A stretch of 35,344 nucleotides of DNA. Origin: Thermovirgaceae bacterium (GTDB lineage: Bacteria > Synergistota > Synergistia > Synergistales > Thermovirgaceae). Positions within the stretch are counted from its first letter, which is position 1. Every line of letters begins with the position of its first letter. The stretch is from positions 1 to 35,344 of the forward strand of contig JBKHBH010000012.1 of assembly GCA_046542505.1 (NCBI GenBank). The letters are read 5' to 3'. The notes beneath the pieces were generated by a model that saw only the letters and a program-made list of their open reading frames with translations, was not told where the DNA came from and did no database searches. Of the stretch, positions 27,613-35,344 are shown piece by piece. Made by a program: the position numbers and the translations under genes.

Positions 27613-27921
27613 CTACATGAGGCCCGGAATGCCAAGGCCCTGACTCAGTTTCCCGAGCCTGGACTGGGCAAGGTCCTTGCTCTTCGAAACAGCGTCATGA
27701 ATGGCGGCTATAACAAGGTCTTCCAGCATCTCCTTGTCTTCCGGATCAATGACGTCTTTCTCTATCGTAATCCCGAGGATCTCTCCCTGGCCGTTCGCCG
27801 AGACACGGACCATGCCACCTCCCGCCGAGCCCTCAACGGTCTCCCGCGCCAGTTCTTCCTGAATTCTGGTCATCTCCGCCTGCATTTTCTGCGCCTGTTT
27901 AAGCATTTGATCCATTTTCAT
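27613..27921 (-). CDS. ybaB: YbaB/EbfC nucleoid-associated protein
   Basis: KQAQKMQ, GSAGGGMV, DPEDKEMLEDLVIAA; upstream of recR. Confidence 0.95.
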   Translation of the reverse strand: MKMDQMLKQAQKMQAEMTRIQEELARETVEGSAGGGMVRVSANGQGEILGITIEKDVIDPEDKEMLEDLVIAAIHDAVSKSKDLAQSRLGKLSQGLGIPGLM

Positions 27922-27962
27922 GGGTATCATCCTTTCACTAAAGTCTGTCCTGCATCGAAAGC

Positions 27963-27991
27963 ATTCTAATGCCTAGTCTAGAACCAATCAA
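27963..27991 (-). promoter_or_regulatory. Sigma70-type promoter upstream of ybaB-recR
   Basis: TTGATT-N17-TAGAAT overlapping the rlmH stop codon. Confidence 0.55.
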
Positions 27992-28455
27992 TGATGATAG
28001 GAAGCCCCGGTCCGTATCATTGCAGCCCTGTACAGCTGTTCCGCCAAAAAAAGCAGGCAGAGCTCGTAGGGAAGAGTCATGGCGGAAAGGGAGATGATTG
28101 AGTCTGCCCTCTCCCGCAATTCTTCCGAGACTCCGTAGGCGCCGCCTATACAAAACACGAGAACACCGCCGGTTTTCTCCAGGGTCCCGTAAAGCCATTT
28201 CGAGAAGGACTCGCTCCCCATCATACGTCCCTTGGCATCGAGCAGGACGACATAGTCCCGTTCCAGAACACCGTCGATGAGTTTTTTTGATTCTTCGGCC
28301 ACAGCCTTGGCCCTTTCCTTGCGCCGTCCGCTTTTCGCCTGCACGTACTCGATCGAGGCCTGAAGGTGTTTTTGCAGGCGGCGGATATAATCCTCTATGC
28401 CGTCACGGTAATAGGGCGTCTTCGGCGTTCCCACGGCTCGTATGCAGATTTTCAT
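27988..28455 (-). CDS. rlmH: 23S rRNA pseudouridine(1915)-N3 methyltransferase
   Basis: MKICIRAVG, FCIGGAYG, SLSAMTLP, EQLYRA, YHH end; ATGA overlap with subunit D. Confidence 0.95.
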   Translation of the reverse strand: MKICIRAVGTPKTPYYRDGIEDYIRRLQKHLQASIEYVQAKSGRRKERAKAVAEESKKLIDGVLERDYVVLLDAKGRMMGSESFSKWLYGTLEKTGGVLVFCIGGAYGVSEELRERADSIISLSAMTLPYELCLLFLAEQLYRAAMIRTGASYHH

Positions 28456-29093
28456 CGTTTTCCGCCGCATTTTTTGCTTTTCGAGAATTTCTTTACGGCG
28501 AATCTCTCCTGGCGTTCACGTTCGTCAAGTATGTCTCCGATACGCTTCATGTCACTTTTCAGGTCGGGGAGCACCGTATGTTCCAAGGTGTTGACCTTTC
28601 TCATCGTCCGTTTGAGCTCCTTCTCCAGCGCCTTGAGTTTCACCTTGAGGTTGATGTATGCCCACAAAAGGTGCTCCGTCCCTATCAGGTGTTCCACCAG
28701 TTCATCCACGTAAGGGGACGTCAGCGCCGGGTCGAGGGAAGCTTCCTCAAAGGGGATGTCTTCCCTTTTTTTTTGGGGTTCGTACTGATAATAGGTGCAC
28801 CCCATGAGATTGTACCGTTCCGAGCGCACAGAAACGGACTTTCGCCCGACGGCAAGAAGCTTGATGAAGGACGGTCCTTCGAACATCCTGACGATTCCAT
28901 AGCTATAGGCGGTCTTCTGTACGTGATCAAGGAGCTCCCTTTCGATCTTTTGCAGTCTCCTTCGGTCCTCGTCAATGGCTCGAAGGAGAGCGTCCTTTTT
29001 CTTTTCGAGGAGACCTTTTCCAAATCTGACGATCTCCCTTTGGCGCCGAAGATACATCATGGTGTCCCTGGTGGGTGTCCTCTGGGCGCTCAC
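28452..29093 (-). CDS. ntpD: V/A-type ATP synthase subunit D
   Basis: PTR, GKGLLEKKKDALL, ELKRTMRKVNTLEH, LDERERQE; GTGA overlap with subunit B stop. Confidence 0.93.
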   Translation of the reverse strand: MSAQRTPTRDTMMYLRRQREIVRFGKGLLEKKKDALLRAIDEDRRRLQKIERELLDHVQKTAYSYGIVRMFEGPSFIKLLAVGRKSVSVRSERYNLMGCTYYQYEPQKKREDIPFEEASLDPALTSPYVDELVEHLIGTEHLLWAYINLKVKLKALEKELKRTMRKVNTLEHTVLPDLKSDMKRIGDILDERERQERFAVKKFSKSKKCGGKR

Positions 29094-30481
29094 GCGCTTC
29101 CCGCCTTTCGTATCTTCTGTTTGATGACCGATTCGGGCAGTTTGAAGAGGAGTTCCGTCGGCAGGCTCGAAAGACAATTCCAGGACGCCTGCACCGATTC
29201 CTCGAGAGTCCTCATCTGTTCTCCCTGATGCAGGAATTTCTTTTCGAACGTCTCGCCGAACTCCAGAAAATGTCTCTCTTCCCTGGTCAAGCCGTCATCG
29301 CCGACGATCAAGCGAAGTCTTTCGACTTCCTTGGCTCGGGCATAGCTCGCATAAAGCTGGTCCGCCAGGGCCCTGTGCTCTTCAAAGGTCTTCTGTTTGC
29401 CGATCCCCTTGTTCATCAGCCTGCTGAGGCTCGGCAGAACGTTAATCGGCGGGTAGACCCCTCTGTCGGAGAGACTCCGGTCGAGGACAATCTGGCCTTC
29501 GGTGATGTAGCCTGAAAGGTCTACAACAGGATGGGTCATATCATCATCAGGCATGGTAATGATAGGAAGCTGAGTAATGCTTCCCGGCCTGTCCTTTACG
29601 CATCCTGCCCTCTCGTAAATGCTCGCAAGGTCTGAGTACATGTATCCAGGGAATCCCCTGCGTCCCGGAACTTCCTCGCGGGCTGCGCCTATCTCCCGGA
29701 GGGATTCGCAGTAATAAAGCATGTCCGTCATGACAACGAGAACGTCGTACCCGAGGTTGTAGGCAAAATACTCGGCGGCCGTCAGCGCCAGGCGAGGCGT
29801 CAGGATGCGCTCCACGGCGGATTCTCCGGCAGTGTTGATAAAAAACACGCCGTGGTCGACAGCTCCTGATGAACTGAAGGCATCGATAAAGAAATCGGCT
29901 TCCCTGGAAGTGATGCCCATCGCCGCAAAAACGATGAGGAACTTCGAGGCGGAAGAGGGAACCGTCGCCTGGTTGACGATCTGGGCCGTGATCCGGCCCG
30001 CAGGAAGCCCCGATCCCGAGAAAACGGGCAGTTTCTGCCCCCGGACAAGGGTATTCATGATATCTATGGAGGAGATCCCCGTCTGGATGAAGGCGTTTGG
30101 GCTCGAACGCCGTACAGGATTCAAGGGGAGTCCGTGAACAGGCAATTCTTCCTCCACGTATCCGATTCCGCCAAGCCCGTCCACAGGTTTGCCTCTTCCG
30201 TTGAGAATCCGGCCGAGAAGGCTCCTCCCTACGGGAATCCTCGCGATGTCTTTCTCGAGCCATACGGTCGTTCTGCCCGATTTGACGCCTATGGTGTCCT
30301 CGAAGACCTGAACGATACACAGTTCTTCCTCCACATCCAGGATCTGTCCGGAAAGCCACCCGTCATCGGTCTCGATATTGACCAGTTCCCCGAATCCCGC
30401 GTTTGGTACATGCTCAACGAAAAGAAGGGGGCCGCTTACTCCACGGACAGCTCGGCTGCCTTCACGGTAAAGGGTCGTCAT
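29090..30481 (-). CDS. ntpB: V/A-type ATP synthase subunit B
   Basis: SGPLLFV, MNTLVRGQKLPVFSGSGLP, EEVPGRRGFPGYMYSDLASIYERAG, YPPINVLPSLSRLM. Confidence 0.97.
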   Translation of the reverse strand: MTTLYREGSRAVRGVSGPLLFVEHVPNAGFGELVNIETDDGWLSGQILDVEEELCIVQVFEDTIGVKSGRTTVWLEKDIARIPVGRSLLGRILNGRGKPVDGLGGIGYVEEELPVHGLPLNPVRRSSPNAFIQTGISSIDIMNTLVRGQKLPVFSGSGLPAGRITAQIVNQATVPSSASKFLIVFAAMGITSREADFFIDAFSSSGAVDHGVFFINTAGESAVERILTPRLALTAAEYFAYNLGYDVLVVMTDMLYYCESLREIGAAREEVPGRRGFPGYMYSDLASIYERAGCVKDRPGSITQLPIITMPDDDMTHPVVDLSGYITEGQIVLDRSLSDRGVYPPINVLPSLSRLMNKGIGKQKTFEEHRALADQLYASYARAKEVERLRLIVGDDGLTREERHFLEFGETFEKKFLHQGEQMRTLEESVQASWNCLSSLPTELLFKLPESVIKQKIRKAGSA

Positions 30482-32247
30482 TCAAAGGCCACCTCCATCT
30501 CGTTCAGTGCCTCCTTCAGTTCATCCAGGAACTTTTCGATCCGCTCTTTCATCTTCTTTTCGTCTTCTTTCAGGATATCAAGCAATTCCGCTGCAAGCGG
30601 CCTTTCCTGGACCTGGTGAAAAAGAAGCCCCTCTTCGAGTCTGTCGTGAACGGTTTCATCGAGGCGCTTGAAGCAGTCGAGCAAAAGAAGCTGTTTCCCG
30701 AGCGAACAGTAGGCATCGGTCCGGTCAAAGGCGCTCTGCTGAAGGTAAGCGACGCGGATGAGTCCGCCAAGGTGCAGTTTCCATTTATCCTCCTCCGTCA
30801 GTGCGTCTCGTCCCACAATCTGGACAAGCTCCTGCAGGCTCTTCTCCTTGTCAAGAAGATCCCTCAGATAAGCCACGTCAGTATGCCATTTTGCCCCGAG
30901 TTTCTCCGTAAACCATCTTTTGAGGCTTTCCTCATACAGTGAAAAACTCTGCCTCCAGTTGATGGAGGGAAAGTGTCTCTGCTGTGCGAGCGCCTTGTCG
31001 AGAGCCCAGAAAGCGCCCGAAAGACGAAGGCTGGCCTGGGTGACAGGTTCCGAAAAATCGCCCCCCGCAGGGGAGACGGCGTTGATGACAGTCACCGAAC
31101 CGGTGCGGGGGGTTTTGCCCAAAGTTTCCACCCTGCCGGCCCGTTCGTAATACTGCGAGAGCCTCGACGAAAGGTATGCCGGGTACCCTTCCTCCCCGGG
31201 CATTTCCTCCAGGCGGCCCGCGATTTCCCTGAGCGCCTCGGCCCACCGTGACGTCGAATCGGACATAATCGCCACATCACACCCCTGGTCCCTGAAGTAT
31301 TCCGCAATCGTCATTCCGAGGTATATACTCGATTCCCTTGCCGCTACGGGCATGTTGGAGGTGTTTGCAATCAGCACCATTCTGTCGAGCAGGGGACGGC
31401 CCGTATGGGGGTCCTGAAGTTCCGGAAATTCCTCCAGGACTTCTGTCATCTCGTTTCCCCTCTCCCCGCACCCGATGTATACGATGATGTCTGCATTGCA
31501 CCACTTGGCCAGCGACTGCTGTGTCACCGTCTTGCCCGTGCCGAAGCCGCCTGGGACCACGGCTGCCCCCCCAAGGGCGACGGGGAACAAGGTGTCTATA
31601 ACCCTTTGGCCGGTGACAAGGGGTTCGGAAAAACCAAGTCTGCGCCCATAGGGCCTTCCTTTCCTGACGTGCCATTTCTGAACCAACCCGGAGGAGAAAC
31701 CCGAATCGATCTCGACAAGCGTTTCCTCCGCGGAATAGGTCCCCCGCGGTTTGATCCTGACAACCTTTCCTGGCTTTGCATCGGGTTGGATCATAATCTT
31801 GTGCCTGAACACACCCCTTTCCTGCACGACGCCGAAAACATCACCGGGGCTTACCTCATCGCCTTCCGACACAACGGGATCGAACTCCCAGGCCTCATCA
31901 TGGTCAACTGCCGATGCCTCTATGCCGGCACCAATGAAGATCCCCTGTTCCGCAAGGACATGAAGCGGCCGCCCGATTCCGTCGAGCACACCGCCCAGTA
32001 GCCCCGGTCCGAGATCTACGGAAAGAAGGTCACCCGTGAAATCCACTGGTTCTCCGATACGCATTCCCGAGGTGTCTTCATAAACCTGCAGGTCTACTCG
32101 ATGACCATCGATTCTCACGACTTCCCCGAGAAGGCCCTGTTTACCCACATGCACGACTTCGTAAAGGGAAACTGACGCATCTGTTCTGGCCTTGACTACA
32201 GGACCAGCTATGCCGGTAATCTTCCCGGTCTTTCCCATAAAGGGCAC
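30478..32247 (-). CDS. ntpA: V/A-type ATP synthase subunit A
   Basis: PGGFGTGKT Walker A, GCGERGNEM, DSTSRWAEALRE, EMPGEEGYPAYL. Confidence 0.98.
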   Translation of the reverse strand: MPFMGKTGKITGIAGPVVKARTDASVSLYEVVHVGKQGLLGEVVRIDGHRVDLQVYEDTSGMRIGEPVDFTGDLLSVDLGPGLLGGVLDGIGRPLHVLAEQGIFIGAGIEASAVDHDEAWEFDPVVSEGDEVSPGDVFGVVQERGVFRHKIMIQPDAKPGKVVRIKPRGTYSAEETLVEIDSGFSSGLVQKWHVRKGRPYGRRLGFSEPLVTGQRVIDTLFPVALGGAAVVPGGFGTGKTVTQQSLAKWCNADIIVYIGCGERGNEMTEVLEEFPELQDPHTGRPLLDRMVLIANTSNMPVAARESSIYLGMTIAEYFRDQGCDVAIMSDSTSRWAEALREIAGRLEEMPGEEGYPAYLSSRLSQYYERAGRVETLGKTPRTGSVTVINAVSPAGGDFSEPVTQASLRLSGAFWALDKALAQQRHFPSINWRQSFSLYEESLKRWFTEKLGAKWHTDVAYLRDLLDKEKSLQELVQIVGRDALTEEDKWKLHLGGLIRVAYLQQSAFDRTDAYCSLGKQLLLLDCFKRLDETVHDRLEEGLLFHQVQERPLAAELLDILKEDEKKMKERIEKFLDELKEALNEMEVAFE

Positions 32248-32248
32248 C

Positions 32249-32518
32249 TCACTCCCTGAAGGGCTTGAGCGAAGGGAATACTATCCATGAGGGCTTTGTG
32301 GACGCATCAATGCGCCTCCGCAAAAGATCCGGAAGCCCTTCGTACCATTGTTCCTCGATCAGCACCAGCGCCACATCGTCAGCAAAGCCAGTCCGCATGA
32401 CTTCGTAGAGGTCTTCAGGCGTCTCGCAGAGCAAGGGTTCAAACCCGCAAAGCGCCCACAACTCGATGAAATATTCCCTGCCCGCGACAAGGACGCGCTC
32501 CAGTTCTCCCGTGCTCAT
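32249..32518 (-). CDS. ntpF: V/A-type ATP synthase subunit F
   Basis: 89-aa alpha/beta protein between subunits C and A; the call rests mostly on position and size. Confidence 0.75.
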   Translation of the reverse strand: MSTGELERVLVAGREYFIELWALCGFEPLLCETPEDLYEVMRTGFADDVALVLIEEQWYEGLPDLLRRRIDASTKPSWIVFPSLKPFRE

Positions 32519-33591
32519 GGTTTTTCCTGTTCCTCCATGAATGTCAGCCTTGAAACGATGTCGTCGGCTTCAAAACCCAGTTCGAGACCAGCGGCCAGGA
32601 TGTTCATGTTCTGCCATTCCGTCAACTGGTGTGCAATGTAACTGATAGCCACCTCTATACCCAGTGGATCCTGCCTGTACAGTTTCATTTGCCAGAGGGC
32701 GAAATCAGTGGACATGACGCTCTGGAGGGGAACCTGGGGGCCTCCGCCGGAAACACGGCCTATAGCCCTCTGCCATGGCGTTTCAAGCAGCAGTTCGCGA
32801 ATATTCCTCGACTCCGACAGCCTCTGGACTGACAGGCATCCGCCGCCTTCGAGAAAGGGCTTGTCAAGCTGGTCCTTTTCGCCCTCGGTTCTCTTCCTCC
32901 TGGAAAAAATATTCACGTTCCAAATATCGATCATTCGTCCGAGGTACTCTTTGACAAGATCCGCGTTTTTCCCCTTGTGGGCCTTGAGGATTTCAAAACA
33001 GTGCTGCAGAATTTCGCCCAAAAGACGGCGTTCAGCAAAAACCAGCTGCCCCGAGTTCTTGAGCTCCCTACAGGCATGGGCGAGGTTGACTGCAAAGGGG
33101 TGCCCATAGAAGAGAGCTTTTTCGATTATTTCATCCACGTCCCGGCTGTCCCAAAGATCCTGGAAGAACACCTCCGGCAGGGTTCCATATCCGTGCCAGA
33201 AAGGTTCCTCCCCGCCCCCCATGGTTTCCGTCCGGCTCGCCCTCAGGATATACCTACAGTTATAGATATCCGCCCGGGAAAGCAGGATCTCGAAAAAATC
33301 CGCGGGCTCTCCCTCGGCGAAGGATTTTGCTTCCTTCAACCTGCGGGTCGCCGTATGGGCAAGGGCCATTTCCATACGTCTGTTGAGAGACAGATTCTGC
33401 CTGAGAAGCCCTTTTCGGTAGCTTTCACCGTATGTGCTGTCGATAAGAAACAGTTCGAGCTCTTCTATGCTCCCTGACGCAAGTTTTACGAATTCCTCCC
33501 TGGGGAGAAATTCCGTCATCCGGGAACGCAGCCGGGCGTTAAGATACCCGTAATTGCTGGGCGGTTCGCTCAAGAATCTCAAAAACATCAT
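32515..33591 (-). CDS. ntpC: V/A-type ATP synthase subunit C (d)
   Basis: YGYLNARLRSR N-terminal signature, DPLGIEVAISYI..EWQN C-terminus; exact start uncertain. Confidence 0.87.
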   Translation of the reverse strand: MMFLRFLSEPPSNYGYLNARLRSRMTEFLPREEFVKLASGSIEELELFLIDSTYGESYRKGLLRQNLSLNRRMEMALAHTATRRLKEAKSFAEGEPADFFEILLSRADIYNCRYILRASRTETMGGGEEPFWHGYGTLPEVFFQDLWDSRDVDEIIEKALFYGHPFAVNLAHACRELKNSGQLVFAERRLLGEILQHCFEILKAHKGKNADLVKEYLGRMIDIWNVNIFSRRKRTEGEKDQLDKPFLEGGGCLSVQRLSESRNIRELLLETPWQRAIGRVSGGGPQVPLQSVMSTDFALWQMKLYRQDPLGIEVAISYIAHQLTEWQNMNILAAGLELGFEADDIVSRLTFMEEQEKP

Positions 33592-34186
33592 GAAAAGATT
33601 CCGAAAGACGGAAACGCAGGCTTTTCTCCGCCCGCTCCCATCTTGTCTTCAAGGTATTGTCCACCAACCGTGTCCCGGTGGCGGCATCCATGACAACGCA
33701 ACCGCCCCAGCGGTCCACGGACTTCTCCTGTACGCTTTCGAGCAGCGGATGTTCAAGGGGCAGGTCACCTTCACCGGTATCGACGAAGACAACGGCAGGT
33801 TCACCCAGAATCTCAATTGCTTCCGTCGCAAGGCTTTGCATGAGCGGGAGATAGGTTTTCGGATCCTCACGTAGCCTGGTGATCCTTTCCTCCATCTTCT
33901 CAAGGGCGAGTGCAACCGATTCATTGGTAAAAACCGACACCTTGTGCCGCATACCGGTAAGAATGTGTTCCTGGGCTTCTTTCAGTACCTTTTTATACCG
34001 TTTTTCCTGGTCACTCCGCCTCCTTGCGACCTGAAGCTCGACTTCCTGTCGTTTTTTTGACGCCGCATCGGAAAGCTCCTCTTCGTACTTCGCCCGGAGC
34101 TTTTCCATCCGCTTTTGGTATTCATTCCGGAGTGAGGCCTTGAAGGCCTCCAGGTACATGCCCGGTTCGTGACGCTCTTCGGTCAT
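33539..34186 (-). CDS. ntpE: V/A-type ATP synthase subunit E
   Basis: Long charged N-terminal helix, GGCVV, VDNTLKTR; position between K and C. Confidence 0.82.
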   Translation of the reverse strand: MTEERHEPGMYLEAFKASLRNEYQKRMEKLRAKYEEELSDAASKKRQEVELQVARRRSDQEKRYKKVLKEAQEHILTGMRHKVSVFTNESVALALEKMEERITRLREDPKTYLPLMQSLATEAIEILGEPAVVFVDTGEGDLPLEHPLLESVQEKSVDRWGGCVVMDAATGTRLVDNTLKTRWERAEKSLRFRLSESFHDVFEILERTAQQLRVS

Positions 34187-34205
34187 CGGTACCGCTTCCA
34201 CGGGA

Positions 34206-34424
34206 TCAGGCAAACTGGAGTATGAGCATGATGGCGATGACAAACCCGAGTATGACCATTGTTTCAGGGATTGCCTCGAGAATGATGATGATTCCGCCCG
34301 TCTCCGGTTTTTCGGCGATAGTCCCCGCTCCTACACTTCCGATTTTCGCCTGGGCGAAAGCCGTTGCAAGGGCGGGAATGCCGATGGCAAGAGCAGCTGC
34401 TATGGCTATGATGGCTTTTTCCAT
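34206..34424 (-). CDS. ntpK: V/A-type ATP synthase proteolipid subunit K (c), single hairpin
   Basis: Two TM helices, TAFAQAKIG..AEKPE..IPETMVILG; AAGGAGG RBS. Confidence 0.95.
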   Translation of the reverse strand: MEKAIIAIAAALAIGIPALATAFAQAKIGSVGAGTIAEKPETGGIIIILEAIPETMVILGFVIAIMLILQFA

Positions 34425-35344
34425 GATTTCAATCTCCTCCTTGCGAAGGGTTTGTAGTCTTTGCCGCCGCCGGAATAGAACTTCCCGAAGAACTCGACAT
34501 ACTGCAGGCGCGCCGAATGAAGTCCCGACCCGGCAAGGGCAAGAATGAAATTCAGAAGATGCATCGCAAGAGCAACAAGGATCCCGAGCAAGGTTACACC
34601 GAAAACATCAACAAACTGTGTCGCCACCATGGCGAGGATAGCCGATGACAGACCTATGGCGGCAATACGGACGTAGCTCAGGATGTTGCCCACCGCTCCG
34701 ATGGATTCCACGAGGCCTCCAATACCGCCTCCGGCAAGAAGCAAGACGATTCCTGCCACCAGCATGGTCACGGAAAGTGAGAAGACCCCGTCCGGCAACC
34801 AGCCCTTTATGGCGACCATGGCCCCGATAAGCCCGGCCAGGACGACGAGGTTCCCGAGTTTTTCAAGCCAGACGTGTCGCTGCCTGTTTCGTATTCCCTG
34901 GACAAACCCAAGCAAAAGTCCCAGGATCACGTGAAACACACCGAGCCCCAGGGTAAAAACCATCACCGGAACGACGACTTGCGAACGTTCCACCCAAAGC
35001 GGCTCCATATGAAAGAGTCGGTGTCCCAGGTCTCCGAAGAATTCTCCGTAGGCGATGCCCCAGAGTATACTCCAGGTACCCACAAAAAGGAGGATCCTTC
35101 CGATGTCGGACATCACCGGCCGAAATTTTTTTCTCGCCAAAAAAAGGCCCAGCAGGGAAATGACCGCCCCGTACCCGACATCACCCACCATGCATCCTGA
35201 AAAGAAAGGGAAGAAAACGCCCACCAGGACTGTGGGGTCGATCCCCTTGTAACGCACCGTCGGCATGAGCTTGAGGAAAAGCTCGAAGGGCTTGAAGAGC
35301 GGAGGGTTTCTCAGCGCCGTCGGCACTGCATGCCACTCCGTTTC
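34406..35344 (-). CDS. ntpI: V/A-type ATP synthase subunit I (a), 5'-partial
   Basis: Frame open from the window end; IDPT, MVGDVGYG, GNILSYVRIAAIGL, HSARLQYVEFFGKFY. Confidence 0.95.
   Translation of the reverse strand, partial: ETEWHAVPTALRNPPLFKPFELFLKLMPTVRYKGIDPTVLVGVFFPFFSGCMVGDVGYGAVISLLGLFLARKKFRPVMSDIGRILLFVGTWSILWGIAYGEFFGDLGHRLFHMEPLWVERSQVVVPVMVFTLGLGVFHVILGLLLGFVQGIRNRQRHVWLEKLGNLVVLAGLIGAMVAIKGWLPDGVFSLSVTMLVAGIVLLLAGGGIGGLVESIGAVGNILSYVRIAAIGLSSAILAMVATQFVDVFGVTLLGILVALAMHLLNFILALAGSGLHSARLQYVEFFGKFYSGGGKDYKPFARRRLKSWKKPS

Noticed and set aside
24625..27921. ispD-ispF fusion and ybaB-recR without dnaX as novelty
   Set aside because: IspDF fusions and yacL-ispD linkage are well known; separation from dnaX is ordinary rearrangement.
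27960..28010. Element inserted at the rlmH 3' end (orfX-type site)
   Set aside because: ybaB follows within about 65 bp; no repeat or recombinase.
28766..28773. Homopolymer runs as phase-variation or frameshift sites (also near 1394, 11892, 15169)
   Set aside because: Runs are 7-8 nt and the reading frames are intact.
30478..32247. Intein in ATPase subunit A
   Set aside because: Length (589 aa) and motifs are continuous with no insertion.
1..35344. CRISPR array, rRNA, prophage structural genes or defence systems
   Set aside because: No regularly spaced repeats or recognisable genes of these kinds; nearly all sequence is accounted for by the listed features.

Overview
Bacterial chromosomal segment, almost entirely housekeeping genes on the minus strand. 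Gene content and order suggest an anaerobe such as Synergistota (inference only). From the right end: V/A-type ATP synthase operon (I-K-E-C-F-A-B-D), rlmH, ybaB-recR-PIN/TRAM-ispDF, guaB, rimP-nusA-ylxR-ylxQ-infB-DUF503-rbfA-DHH-truB-ribF, tRNA-Arg(CCT), pcm, DUF1850-TRAP permease, ileS, DksA/TraR, rluD, and the 3' end of a convergent NFACT gene. The one accessory region is a ~6.7 kb integrative island (8249-14958) bounded by a 36-bp direct repeat. The repeat corresponds to the 5' half of the tRNA, so the island lies upstream of the intact tRNA and appears to supply its promoter. The island carries a tyrosine integrase truncated by an internally deleted IS256-like element, a four-gene glycan cassette (Wzx flippase, FrhB-like Fe-S protein, polysaccharide pyruvyl transferase, GT2) and an amidohydrolase fragment. 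Candidate structured leaders precede rimP, guaB and ileS. All calls are by eye; no searches or folding were run.
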